DNA of 53,341 nucleotides from Perkinsus olseni (Eukaryota): NCBI GenBank assembly GCA_013115125.1, contig JABANN010000031.1, positions 62,001 to 115,341 of the forward strand, read 5' to 3'. Shown piece by piece: positions 1 to 13,660 of this stretch (position 1 is its first letter; each line of letters starts with the position of its first letter). The notes under the pieces were generated by a model. It saw only the letters and a program-made list of their open reading frames with translations, ran no database searches and was not told where the DNA came from. The position numbers and the translations under genes were made by a program.

Positions 1-59
1 ACGACTGCCTCTTGCCCGAATACGTGCCGGTTATGCATAATATTATCGTGACACAGAAC

Positions 60-300
60 AGGATATTATCCTGCATCATCGTGGAACACAGGACATATTA
101 CGCAGCTGGTGATATCGACGACCTGCCTCAGGGCGCGGGAGTACTTGATATAGTGATGCCTAGTTCGTCTCTCCGAAAGCCGTCCAGTTGATTTCTTCAT
201 CATTCTTATTTCACAGCAGTATATTCGAGTACGATTCATCGTCTCAACTCAGTCTGTACTCACTCTTGCGTTGATACACCTTGTATCATACACGTCCGAG
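60..300 (+). repeat. Dispersed repeat, homologous to ~5650-5900
   Basis: Alignable by eye: gcatcatcgt...caggacat...gatatcg..gacctg...gagtacttgatatagtgatgcct occurs in both copies. Confidence 0.8.
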
Positions 301-1218
301 ACTCCCGGAAGGAGGGTGGCCCGCAGCAAGCTCACGATGAGGTTGCATTCGCCACAGCATTCTCAAGCGGAATTTTCAATGCGACTCTGCAACAGAAAGC
401 ACGCGAGGCGCCCTGTTACAGCGTCGGGAACCCGGTTCCCATAGTTTCAGAGTATCCGACGGTGTACCTCGGAAGCCGTTTTCGGCTCTGACTCCTTCTG
501 ATGTGCTCGCTTTGAGGTCCCATCCAGAGAGTGATACACAACTTCCTTAGCGGCACTCATCGGAACTGAGGAGACTCAAGAAAACGTTTCGCTCTTATTG
601 CATCGTCCGAGACGATGCATAAATTAAATCGTGGTCGCAGAAACAATCTAAAAACATTTTTGACGATGAGGAGTGAGGGCTGGCCTGCGAAACTCACATC
701 AATCGAAAGTTCTGCAAACTTCTAATATATTGAGTCTAGTCTCGCTCTAGTAATCAAACTTCGAATGGATTTGATTGAGTGTGGACTTTTTTGATCGGGA
801 TGTATCGAGGTCCCGGATGACGTATCCTTCCATTCTTATAGAACTGACATAACGGCCACGACCAGGCCGATGAAAATCGTAATAGAACTTCCTCGGCTGC
901 CGTTAAACTCCACACCTTTTCTCTTGTCCTTGATACTCTTGTTACCCTGCCGACAGGAAATAATGGAGAATCCAAAGTGATAGAAGATATATGATCTGAA
1001 GCGCTCATCTCGTGATCGTCCCTCAGTATAGTAATATCCGCTTGTGTTTGTTATACTCCCAGGTTCAGAGCTCAGGTAAGTTGTCGGAGCTTAGTTGTGT
1101 TCAGGTCATGGTAAAACCATACTAACTAAAAGACACATGCCTGTGAACTTACTACGAGAGGTGACGGAAGAAGACCTCGCTATCCTCAGCAAAACTCGTG
1201 AAAATAGGCTCTTGGAAT

Positions 1219-1240
1219 CCGCAGGGCCTGCGGCGCAGGC
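1219..1240. mobile_element. Putative hAT-type excision footprint, 8-mer ccgcaggc
   Basis: ccgcagg + gcctgcgg + cgcaggc = X[1-7] + rc(X) + X[2-8], perfect. Confidence 0.75.
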
Positions 1241-1317
1241 TACACATTCGTCATTCACTCTCAGTGAATCACTGAGAATCCCTCTACATGACAGCTTATC
1301 TTCTTCATAGTGCTTCA

Positions 1318-4780
<3,463 letters not shown>

Positions 4781-5368
4781 ATGCAATTAGGTTCTCGCAT
4801 TGTTTATTTAATTCGTTGTTGCGTGTTCGAGTGCTTGCCGCGGGGAAGCCCTCGGTAGTCGAGGGCCTGGGACTATCTCAACATCATTTGGTTGATGCGG
4901 CATCACCGGCAGCTCCCCGAAAGCTTACAACTATCCATACAGGAAAACAACGTGCTATCTAGTTGAGACCATTAAGGACGAAGGGCATCGGTTTACTATT
5001 GTCTGCCTTAACCAACGCTGGTCAGGACCGTCAGGCGGTTCGCTGGGTTGTAACATTGTAGTTGGCATCTCCGACGTTCCCGAGATCCCGATTGACAGAC
5101 GTGACATGAGTTAGATAATTCTAACTTAGATTGATGTCGGAAGCAATAAACAAGATCAATGGGCTAGCCTCAAAGGGTGACCGTCACCCAGTGACTTGAC
5201 GTAGCTCACGTCACGAAGGGGCAGAATGTAGCGCTCGCCAACTTGCGCCAGCGACAACGAGTGTCTCATGATACCTCTGACTACAGGGATTGGGAACCTT
5301 GAGGGCAGTGAGGTTCACAAGGGGTCAACAGCAAGACTTTGAGTCCCAAGGTGCTGCAGCAGTGTCTG

Positions 5369-5419
5369 ACGCTGAGTGTCACTCATCTCAGGAATCCTGA
5401 GATGAGTGACAGTCAGCGT
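5369..5419. repeat. Fold-back palindrome, 25-bp arms, 1-nt loop
   Basis: acgctgagtgtcactcatctcagga-a-tcctgagatgagtgacagtcagcgt, one mismatch. Confidence 0.9.
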
Positions 5420-5420
5420 T

Positions 5421-5519
5421 GAGTGGTCGTGACCGTCTGGATGGTCCCAATGGTAGTGGACCACTACTAGTGGTGCTGCTGGTGGTCGTGGCTTTAATGG
5501 CGGTAATGACGGGCGCTGA
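5421..5519 (+). pseudogene. Broken copy of the small Gly-X-X peptide gene
   Basis: Removing the 14-nt scar restores SGRDRLDGPNGSGAAGGRGFNGGNDGR*. The downstream sequence (ccggcgggg...cccgaa...atgtatcgg) matches that of the 9929-10126 copy. Confidence 0.65.
5453..5474. mobile_element. Putative hAT-type excision footprint, 8-mer gtagtggt
   Basis: gtagtgg + accactac + tagtggt, perfect. Confidence 0.75.
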
Positions 5520-5649
5520 TCCTTTCGAGACCCGGCGGGGAGATTGACGCGTGCTTTTTCGGCCCGAACACGTGACGGTTATGTATCGGGTATCTGGGAT
5601 TTTAATGAGTCAATGATACTTCGTCGCGGTTGACCAGTCGTATTTTGCT

Positions 5650-5900
5650 CTCTGATATTGCCAGCATCATCGTAAAATACAGGACATGTTACACAGCTGA
5701 TGATATCGGGGACCTGACTAAGGGCACCTGACTCAGGTGCGCTTAGTCAGGTGACGAAGAACATCGACCCTTAGTCAAGTACTCAGGTGACCTGAGTACT
5801 TGATATAGTGATGCCTACTTTTTGTCTCCATTTATTCGTCATTTCACTGCGGTGTATGCCAGTATGCTTGAGCATCTCAACACAGTGTATACCATTGGGT
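5650..5900 (+). repeat. Dispersed repeat, homologous to ~60-300, carrying a fold-back insertion
   Basis: Same alignment as above, with ~64 extra nt between gggcacctga and gtacttga. Confidence 0.8.
5712..5803. mobile_element. Double long-hairpin footprint, 8-mer cacctgag
   Basis: Left palindrome has 20-bp arms (one mismatch) around loop c5732. Right palindrome has 14-bp arms around loop g5789. The homologous copy at 121-150 has a single 8-mer at this position. Confidence 0.8.
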
Positions 5901-6204
5901 TGACGCAAGACCGAGAGTGAGCCAAAACAAGGTCGTCATATCTATCTTGCAGGGCACCGAACTCGAAACTCAGCTACTGAGCTCGCGGTAGAAGTCACTG
6001 GGACTGAATTTCATTGAAGCCGTTGAATGCGGTCACAACTCAGTTGAGAGTAGCAGTACCCTATACCAGAACTTTGGATACAGAACTCTCTGAGCTTGCA
6101 ATAGAGCGCACACAATGAGCCACGCAATGGCGTTGGGTGTCCGGATTCCGTAAACGGAGCGATAAAACCGAAGCTGCAGGGGACTGCGAAGAGGTAGTTC
6201 ACGG

Positions 6205-6425
6205 TTCGTTCCTTACGTACTTGGAGCCGCACCAAGGTCGGGCTTGCTCACGTGTATTCACCTGCTGCTAGCAGCAAGCTAGGCTGGCTCGCACCGCCCA
6301 TCCTAACTTCGGCGCGGAAACTTCATCACGCAAGATCGGCAGGGGCTATCGAGTGGCCAAAAACACATGGTTAAGACAGGCACGTCACCAAAATTGTTCA
6401 AACAAATCTACTAGAATGGCTGCTT
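6205..6425 (+). repeat. Direct repeat of ~7340-7570, the duplicated 3' end of the GAS2-like gene
   Basis: Shared ctcgcaccgcccat..taactt, cgagtggccaaaaacacatggtt.agacaggcacgtcaccaaaat and tcaaac.aatctactag. Confidence 0.85.
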
Positions 6426-7015
6426 CTCCGGGCTCAGCCATCGCCGCCAAATGTAAATGAGGCAACCTAACTCGCGGACGCGTAGGCAGAAACCGGATCC
6501 TAGGCTGGCGCTAGCCTAGCGCTAGAAGTGGGACACCAGTGGTGTCCCTCTGCTACACTTGTGTCGAATGTCTTCACACGGCCCACTCCACTGACGGTAT
6601 GCGAACAAGGCAAACTTTTATCTCGGCACGAAAAGTACTAGGACACTTCCAGAAGTTGCTGAATGGCTCAGGCGCTCCGTCGCGGAGGGACCCCACATCG
6701 GCTGGAGGGCCCAGAGGGACCCAGCCGGCTCCGAGCTGTGAGCGGCGCGACATCGCTCGCCCGTGACGCCAGACAATTGGTCGCTGGTTCATTGATCATT
6801 GCAGACTCTGCAATGCAGAGTCGATCAGCCTCCCTTTTTATCAGTACTGCACAACATCATCAGACATGTACTGCTGAGCATACATTATGTCCCAACAGTA
6901 ATGCTTTGGAACCCGAGATGCTGCGCCACGAGTAGTGACCCACGATCGTTTTTGTGCAGCCCAGAATGTAGCGCACGCGTCAACTTCATTATCAGGCACA
7001 AGTTTATTGTCTCAC

Positions 7016-7252
7016 ATGAGGTTCTTCCTTGTGACGAACCTAATAGTCATTCCTGCCGTCATGGCCAGCGGCGGTTCAGACGGCGGCGGCGGTAGCGGGA
7101 TTCGCGACCGTCCTCATGGTCCCGGTGGCCGTGGTGCTCCTGGTGCTCCTGGTGCTCCTGGTCGTAATGGCACTGATGGTCCTGGAGGCCGCGGCGGTCA
7201 TGATGACCGCCGATGTTGGCTTTTCAACAAAGCAATCCTGTTGATTGAATAG
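7016..7252 (+). CDS. Small secreted Gly-X-X peptide (78 aa)
   Basis: Hydrophobic N-terminus MRFFLVTNLIVIPAVMA, then GPGGRGAPGAPGAPGRNGTDGPGGRGGHDDRR. Paralogous to 9929-10126. Confidence 0.65.
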   Translation: MRFFLVTNLIVIPAVMASGGSDGGGGSGIRDRPHGPGGRGAPGAPGAPGRNGTDGPGGRGGHDDRRCWLFNKAILLIE

Positions 7253-7544
7253 TTCACACCTCGCCGTGGGCATGACGTGATCGGAGGTCTCAAAGTAAAT
7301 TTCCAACCGTTGATATGCGTGGCAAAAATCGGTGCCCGCTCGTTCCTTGAGTGTACTAAGGCGCACCAGAGTCGGGCCTGGTCACTGGTATCCGAGGTGC
7401 TAGTTGTTACCATTTTATCGAGCTGCTGGGCTGACTCGCACCGCCCATACTAACTTTAACGCAGAAACCTCGTCATGCAACATCGGCAGGGATCTTCGAG
7501 TGGCCAAAAACACATGGTTGAGACAGGCACGTCACCAAAATCGG

Positions 7545-9693
7545 TCAAACGAATCTACTAGGCTGGCTGGTGCTGAGCCTTGCGCTCAGCGATCCACTCG
7601 GTGCAACCCACGAACTGGTAGACATAGCTGGAAAAGAAAGCCACGAGACGTCACATCAAGGAGGGAGGTGGTTGCGAATCGGCAAACAATCATAGACGCG
7701 AAGGCAGAGCTGAAAGCATAAGCCACATACGCTGGTACTCACCTGCTAAAGAGCCACCGATGGTCTGGTGAGCTTGCCAGTCTGACTTCCAATACCCATC
7801 GAAGTACTCCTCCAGGGTATAGTAGCCTGAACTCAACGGATACAAGTCAAGACCCGAACGTGGATGGAACTGCGGACAGACGAAGCGCACAGGAGTATCA
7901 TCGACCATGATACCGACTCCTACCGCCTCCGATGCGAACGACAGTTAACTCCCCTCTAGTGGTCAGCCGCATTCTTTTATTGCCGATGGTGTAGACTCCC
8001 GGACCACACTTTTTGACACTTATCTGAAGGCTTATGTGGAGTTGTCGGAGAAGGCTGCCGGCACTCGCTACCGTGAACTCTGGATGCGTGTCCATATACT
8101 CGAGGATGGCCCTATCGATCTGATCCGCTCGCAATGCGCACTCCTCGGCCGATTTCTATTCAGAGTTCGGAAATGCACGAACACTATGAGCCTGTCATTA
8201 CCAAGGAGACCGTCGGCAGCCTGCCTTGGAGAGCCATGATAGCATCGGCTATCACAGCTGACGTCTCTTGCAGTTTCGAGGTGCGATAATGGGTCGAGAG
8301 GATTCGATCTTGTAGATGACTTATCTGAGACCGTCTAACGTCTTCCGAGCACGACCGAGTCAGCCATCGTGATCACCGTGGTTCGCTGGTCCTCAATCAG
8401 TCTCTTCAGCTCTTGGCAAGCGTGATGGTTCGCAGCCCGCGCGTCAATCTCATGCATGAACTGCGTTTGTAGTGCTGAGGGACGGCAGGCAGCACCGTTG
8501 AGAAGAGGAGTGACGTTCCGAAGTTGAAATACGGACCGATCAAGTTCGATTCTAGGCGAGCTGGGAAATGGAATAGCAGTGAGATGAGAAACGGCAGCCT
8601 CTAAACAAACCTGCAATTTCCGCCTTCGCCTTCCTCCAGTCTTCCACACGGCCGGTCGGCGGTCGGCTTTCCCCATTGGCCAGTGACCTGAGCAGGCATC
8701 AGAACATCATCAACTGCATCTTCGAAGGTAACTACCTGTCGCGTTCTCTTCGGCTGCTCCTTTGTCTCCTCACACTACCACGAAGCGTAGTGCGAGATGC
8801 TGGGGAGAAATCGCGAGGCTGGGAATGCGACGATTCCTAGACGGAAGGCGTTACTACTCATGCTCAGCCATCGAGCGGAATTTCACGCAGATTTGAGATC
8901 GGTCGAAGTTGAGCCTCTTGCGAGTGGAAAGCGGCAAACAAGAAGTCCTATCGAACGGTACCGGTTCTCGAGCCTTCTTCCTGCTGCCAGCAGAGTGCGG
9001 TCTGGTATTTTCCAACTTTCTAAGAGAGCTCGGCGTCGGTAGTTTCGAGCCGCCCACAGCCGGGGCCGTCCTTGAGTCTTCCCGCTTCATCGAACTCTTG
9101 GCTTTACGCGCCTATGGGCAACCGAATGGCCACCAATAAGCCACCCTCCATTTGGAGCGGCTCGAGAGGAGGAAATTACGGTCGCAGGTCTTGCTGGCGC
9201 TCCCGTCTGCTGCTGCGGCTGGGCTTTGGCCACTGAGGGCTGCCCCAAGGGGTTCACCAGGATAGCAGCTGGTAACAAGCCTGAGAAGAGCACCGCTCCG
9301 TCCCGCCCTATGGCCCACCGACGCCTCAACGAGCTCCATTGAAAGCTGCTGAAATTCGGGGTTCTTCTGTCGCTGCTTGCCGTGGCGGTATTGATGTCAA
9401 GCGCATTGATTCAGGCACGCAGACAAGCCCGACTAGCTCTCCATGCCGCCCCTACCTGACTGTCCTCCTTGAAGGGATCCTCTTTGAATGACTGTTGCGG
9501 CCGCAGCTACTGCTGGCGGTGTTGTAGCGGCTCCCACACTTGCTCGCCGCTGGGAGCTGCTTAGCTGTGGAACCATCGGAGCTGCCACGTGCGGCCACGC
9601 GCCTGCTGTGAACATTATCGGAACTGTACTAGCCAAAAGTGCCGAAGACGATGAAGCAGGAAGCTTGAGGCGACCAACGAGTGCCATCACCAT
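7545..9693 (-). CDS. Multi-exon protein with a C-terminal GAS2/GAR-like domain
   Basis: Exons DQIDRAILEYMDTHPEF / ISVKKCGPGVYTIGNKRMRLTTRGELTVVRIGGG / YYTLEEYFDGY resemble the GAR motif VRVGGGWxxLxxYL. Low-complexity N-terminus. Start and last exon are inferred. Confidence 0.6.
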
Positions 9694-9928
9694 GATCGGC
9701 TTCGACGGTCATTCACAAATGCAGCTCAGTATTGCATGTAGAACAGTGTCGACATATGTTCCCATGGAGTCAGATAAATGAGTCTGATAAGCCTACCTTC
9801 CGCTTAGGGGAATATAACAATTCACAATCTTCATTTGTTATCTCACTTCACATCGTGCTTACATACTTCACGCCACGCGTGTACATGCGTCCTACTGCCC
9901 CTTTGATGTACGCACGCACAAGTTGATC

Positions 9929-10126
9929 ATGACCTTCTTCTTTCTTGTGACGATTCTACTCACCATCGCTGCTGCCTTTACTGGTCAAGGCTGCGGCGGT
10001 AAAGATGGACAGGACGGTCAAGATGGCCGCGACGGTCAGGGCCCTAATGATGGTCGTGGTGGCCAAGGTGGCCGTGGTGGTGGCGCTGGTTGCGATGGCG
10101 GTAATGATGAGCGCCAATTGCTTTGA
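9929..10126 (+). CDS. Small secreted Gly-X-X peptide (65 aa, two Cys)
   Basis: MTFFFLVTILLTIAAA signal-like segment followed by GQGCGGKDGQDGQDGRDGQGPNDGRGGQGGRGGGAGCDGGNDERQLL. Confidence 0.7.
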   Translation: MTFFFLVTILLTIAAAFTGQGCGGKDGQDGQDGRDGQGPNDGRGGQGGRGGGAGCDGGNDERQLL

Positions 10127-10865
10127 GGAGCGCCGGCGGGGGGAACAACCTTTGTTCAACAAAGCCAGGGGTTTCACCCGAATATGTCACACTCATGTAT
10201 CGGATACTTTGTCGTGAAAGGAAGCAACGCTACTTCCGATGCAGCTCTTCAACCGTACTCTGCTCTATGACTTTGCCTTAATTGCTTTGAGACAAAGGTT
10301 GGCCTTCACATCGTGTAAAACCTGCGGCCCGAGTACTGGATATAGTGAATCCTTACTGGTATCATTCGGAAGCCGTCCAGTTTATTTTCTTCATCAGCCT
10401 TACCACAACACACGGAATTCAAGTACAATTTTGCCGCGAAATTGATTTTTGAGGCCTACCACGGGTATCACTATACCCGAAGTAACACTAGTTCTTGACA
10501 TAAACCTGACGGCGAAATTTTCGCGTATTTCCTCGGTCTGTGCTGTTGGGTTGATATACTTCCGAGAGTATACCGGGTACACTCTGGAGATACTACACCC
10601 GGCGAAACTCACCGTATCGGTTTCGGTGCGATACATCGTATGATTCAGTCGAAACTCCCTGCAGAACTTCTGTTACAGAAGCCCTCTGATAGCTAAGCGC
10701 GTGGGTGAAATTTCGTCATTAGAGCTGAAGAGATCACAATTCAGTCGAGATTAGCAGTGCTCTGCAGCAGAATTTCTGATACAAATCCTTAGACTGCAAC
10801 AGAGGCCAACACTACACTCAGAAAGGTTTCACGCTCTTCCGTGTCCAGGAAGGGACGAGCCGGCG

Positions 10866-11263
10866 CTCGGTCGCCAAAATACAAAGTGCCTCAAGAAATA
10901 GTGAATATCCATTTATAAGACCCGTGCACGAATTCTTACGGGCGTACTCGCATGCTGTGGCTCACACTATCTGTCAACAAATTACCCCGCGATCTTGTTG
11001 CTCCAGTGGGGCTTACACGGGGCAGACGGCTCGAATTGCCTTCATGGCCGCCATGACGACTCGGCTCTTACGATCGAACCCAGGACTGTTTAGGGCAGAG
11101 GAAGGGCTCTCTAATAGTGTTATTCGACCTCGCACATCGGCCTCGGGTAGCTTGTACCGGGGTCCTTTTCGACCTGTCAGCCTCCGAAACCGCGCCTCCG
11201 AGTCGGATGTAAATTTAGAAATAGGTTATTTTTTTAGGGCACTTCACTTTTGATGGCACCGTG
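10866..11263. mobile_element. Non-autonomous TIR element, possibly Transib-like, 5-bp TSD cggcg
   Basis: cggcg at 10861-10865 and 11264-11268. Degenerate ~50-bp TIRs: ctcggtcgccaaaatacaaagtgcctcaagaaata on the left versus cacggtgccatcaaaagtgaagtgccctaaaaaaata (rc of right end). Confidence 0.55.
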
Positions 11264-12846
11264 CGGCGGAGTTCCCCGTTGAAAAGGTCGGTCAAACCGG
11301 AAAAACCTCGTGGTCTTCGGATTTATACGAGATGGAGACGATACGGGCCATAGTCTGCCAACGCGGGTAGTTGCCTATCGGACAGCAACGAAGTGCGAAG
11401 AGACCTTGAAGCATCGCTGAGCACCAACCAAATTTTGATGAACTCAACAGCGTAGGGATAGTTAGGACTCTAACTTTGAACACCTTGGTGAGACAGCCGC
11501 CTTCCTTTCTTTCACAAGACTAACTCCGAGGGAGCCATGAAACATGGATCGTAAACGCACTAGACATTACGTATCTAACCGACGGGGAAAACGCCAAACC
11601 TCTTACGTCTCCTTAGGAGCCCTCCAGAAGACACCTCTCGAAAACTGTGCCGATGATACTAGTCTAAATTAATATCCATGAGCGACAACCCTCGGTCCTC
11701 GAACGTTCATTGCTGACTGCAAGATGCAGAGCGATCGGGGGAAGCCCTCGCTCCTTGCGTATCCTGAACAGGATATTCAGGTTAGCTCGTTTGAACCGTT
11801 GTGTTGATGAGTCTCAGACGCCGCACCTCTGCCGCTGCTGCTGAAGTCGTTAGAGCTGTTGTCGCGTAGGAGAGTCCACTTTCGGATACAGGTCTTGACG
11901 AAGGGCTCAAGACCCGGTATTCTGTAACCTACAGGTAATCATATTTCCGCCAGTTGGTGCTCCGTAGCCGCAAGTCCAGGCTCTCGGGTCACCGTAGAAG
12001 ACCACAATCCCGAAACTAATATTACTGTATAGCGATGTTGAACGGGATTCAGGATAACTACTCAGGAGCGATAGCAGTCGAAATCGCTTGGCTCTGGGAA
12101 AACTCATAAAGGTCGCAGATGAAATGCACCTCTATCTTCGGTGCCTCTAAACGGTCCAAAGACTAGGACATTCTTAGTTGTCACTAAAGCATCGAAACTT
12201 CATGCTGTGGTAACAACTCGGATTCGAGAATCAAATACGGCGCCAGTCCAGATGTCCCTTTCTTATCTTACCGTGACCTCAGTGATTTCCTTCACTTTCA
12301 CGACCCCCTTGCGCATCCTCTCGAGTTGAGTGAGTAATTCATCCACTGCAGTTTCCAACCTCTCCAACCTGCTCTCGTGGTTCATCAACACCTCAAGGAC
12401 TCCTGCAGTGACAACCTGAGAGAACGACGAAGTTTTTCAGAATCTGTAAATGCTGGTATCCGTCGATCCGGCTGGAGGTTCGCGGCGCTGGAAAGTCTAG
12501 GAAGCAACTAACTCGACTGCAAGATACTTTCCTCAGACCGGGTCAGCCTCAGCGAGCGGGACCCATCCTTACTTCTTTATCACCGTCTTCTGCGCGGCGC
12601 AGATCAGCTATGTAGCTGCGACGCCCAAGAGGCTTCTTGCGGCGGTGTAACCAATTTAGGTTGAAGCAAACCATGATGCTACACGGATATTTGACCAGCT
12701 GCGCATCAGAATGCCTCCCAGGAAGGCACGTTTCTGCGAGTCTCACCCACGCATCCTCGACATAAGCAAGCGCGAAAGACAAACTCGCATATAACTGTCC
12801 ACGGGTGCCCGAGCTGTCCCGACTACAGAAGCAGCATCCAACTAAC

Positions 12847-12922
12847 AAAGGAAATTCCATGGATTAATCGTGTTGGGATTGTATTCCTTTAAGGAATACA
12901 ATCCCAGCACGATTAATCCATG
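12847..12922. mobile_element. Long-hairpin footprint, 8-mer aaaggaat, with 32-bp palindrome arms
   Basis: Left side aaaggaa + attcc. Palindrome 12858-12922 is 32+1+32 nt with one mismatch, centred on t12890 and followed by aaggaat. Confidence 0.8.
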
Positions 12923-13638
12923 ATCTTTAGCGCTTGAGGGATTCAAGTTTCGTGCAAAAAAAAAGAAAGGGAAAGGGGCAACGGAGCGCCCGAGTCAGGC
13001 GACCTGAGTATCCCCAACGCCATTCCGGTCTACCGAATAGAAATTCTACTTTAACCGCAGTACTTACCCAATGCGGTATAAACTGGGACAAGTGCCAAAG
13101 CGTGCCCCCGCAAACGAGCGATTGCCCTCATTACTCGCTGAGAACCGTAGTGTAGCAACGAATTATGATGATTATATGTGAGCTCAGACAGAGTTCACGG
13201 ATAGCTACGCTGCAGCTAGCAATCACAATATCTCATAGTTCAATATAATCCATAGCATCATTCCGACACTACTGAAAAATGCCATTCCAACGAGGGGCAT
13301 GTGTAGTTGAACAATCCTCACAATGATCCCTTACCTGGGCTGGGGAGTACAGACAAAGATGTACACTCCGCCCTCATCGACCATATACCCAGTATTCAGG
13401 CTTCGACTCAGAAACCTCGGCAACGAGGGGAGGGGAAACTTCCCACCACAGCGGAATCCTTCTCGCAGAAATTTTAGCCTCCACAACCACCCGTGGTTAC
13501 CCACCACCACCGTCGCTGAGTGGCTTCCTCTTTCTACGAGAACCGTACAAATGAATTGCTTACCAGTAGCTATTGATAATCTCAGCGTCTAATTATATTT
13601 CTACAGTAACGTTTCTGCTATCATGAAAAATGCATCTG

Positions 13639-13660
13639 CAGAAGACTCTTCTGAGAAGAG
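13639..13660. mobile_element. Putative hAT-type excision footprint, 8-mer cagaagag
   Basis: cagaaga + ctcttctg + agaagag, perfect. Confidence 0.75.

Noticed and set aside
754-1008. 84-aa minus-strand ORF (similarly 19669-20154 on the plus strand)
   Set aside because: No recognisable motif or splice context, so neither can be supported as a gene.
5369-5803. Long hairpins as intrinsic terminators or pre-miRNAs
   Set aside because: One-nt loops, no U-tracts, unrelated sequences and arms copied from local flanks favour DNA fold-back scars.
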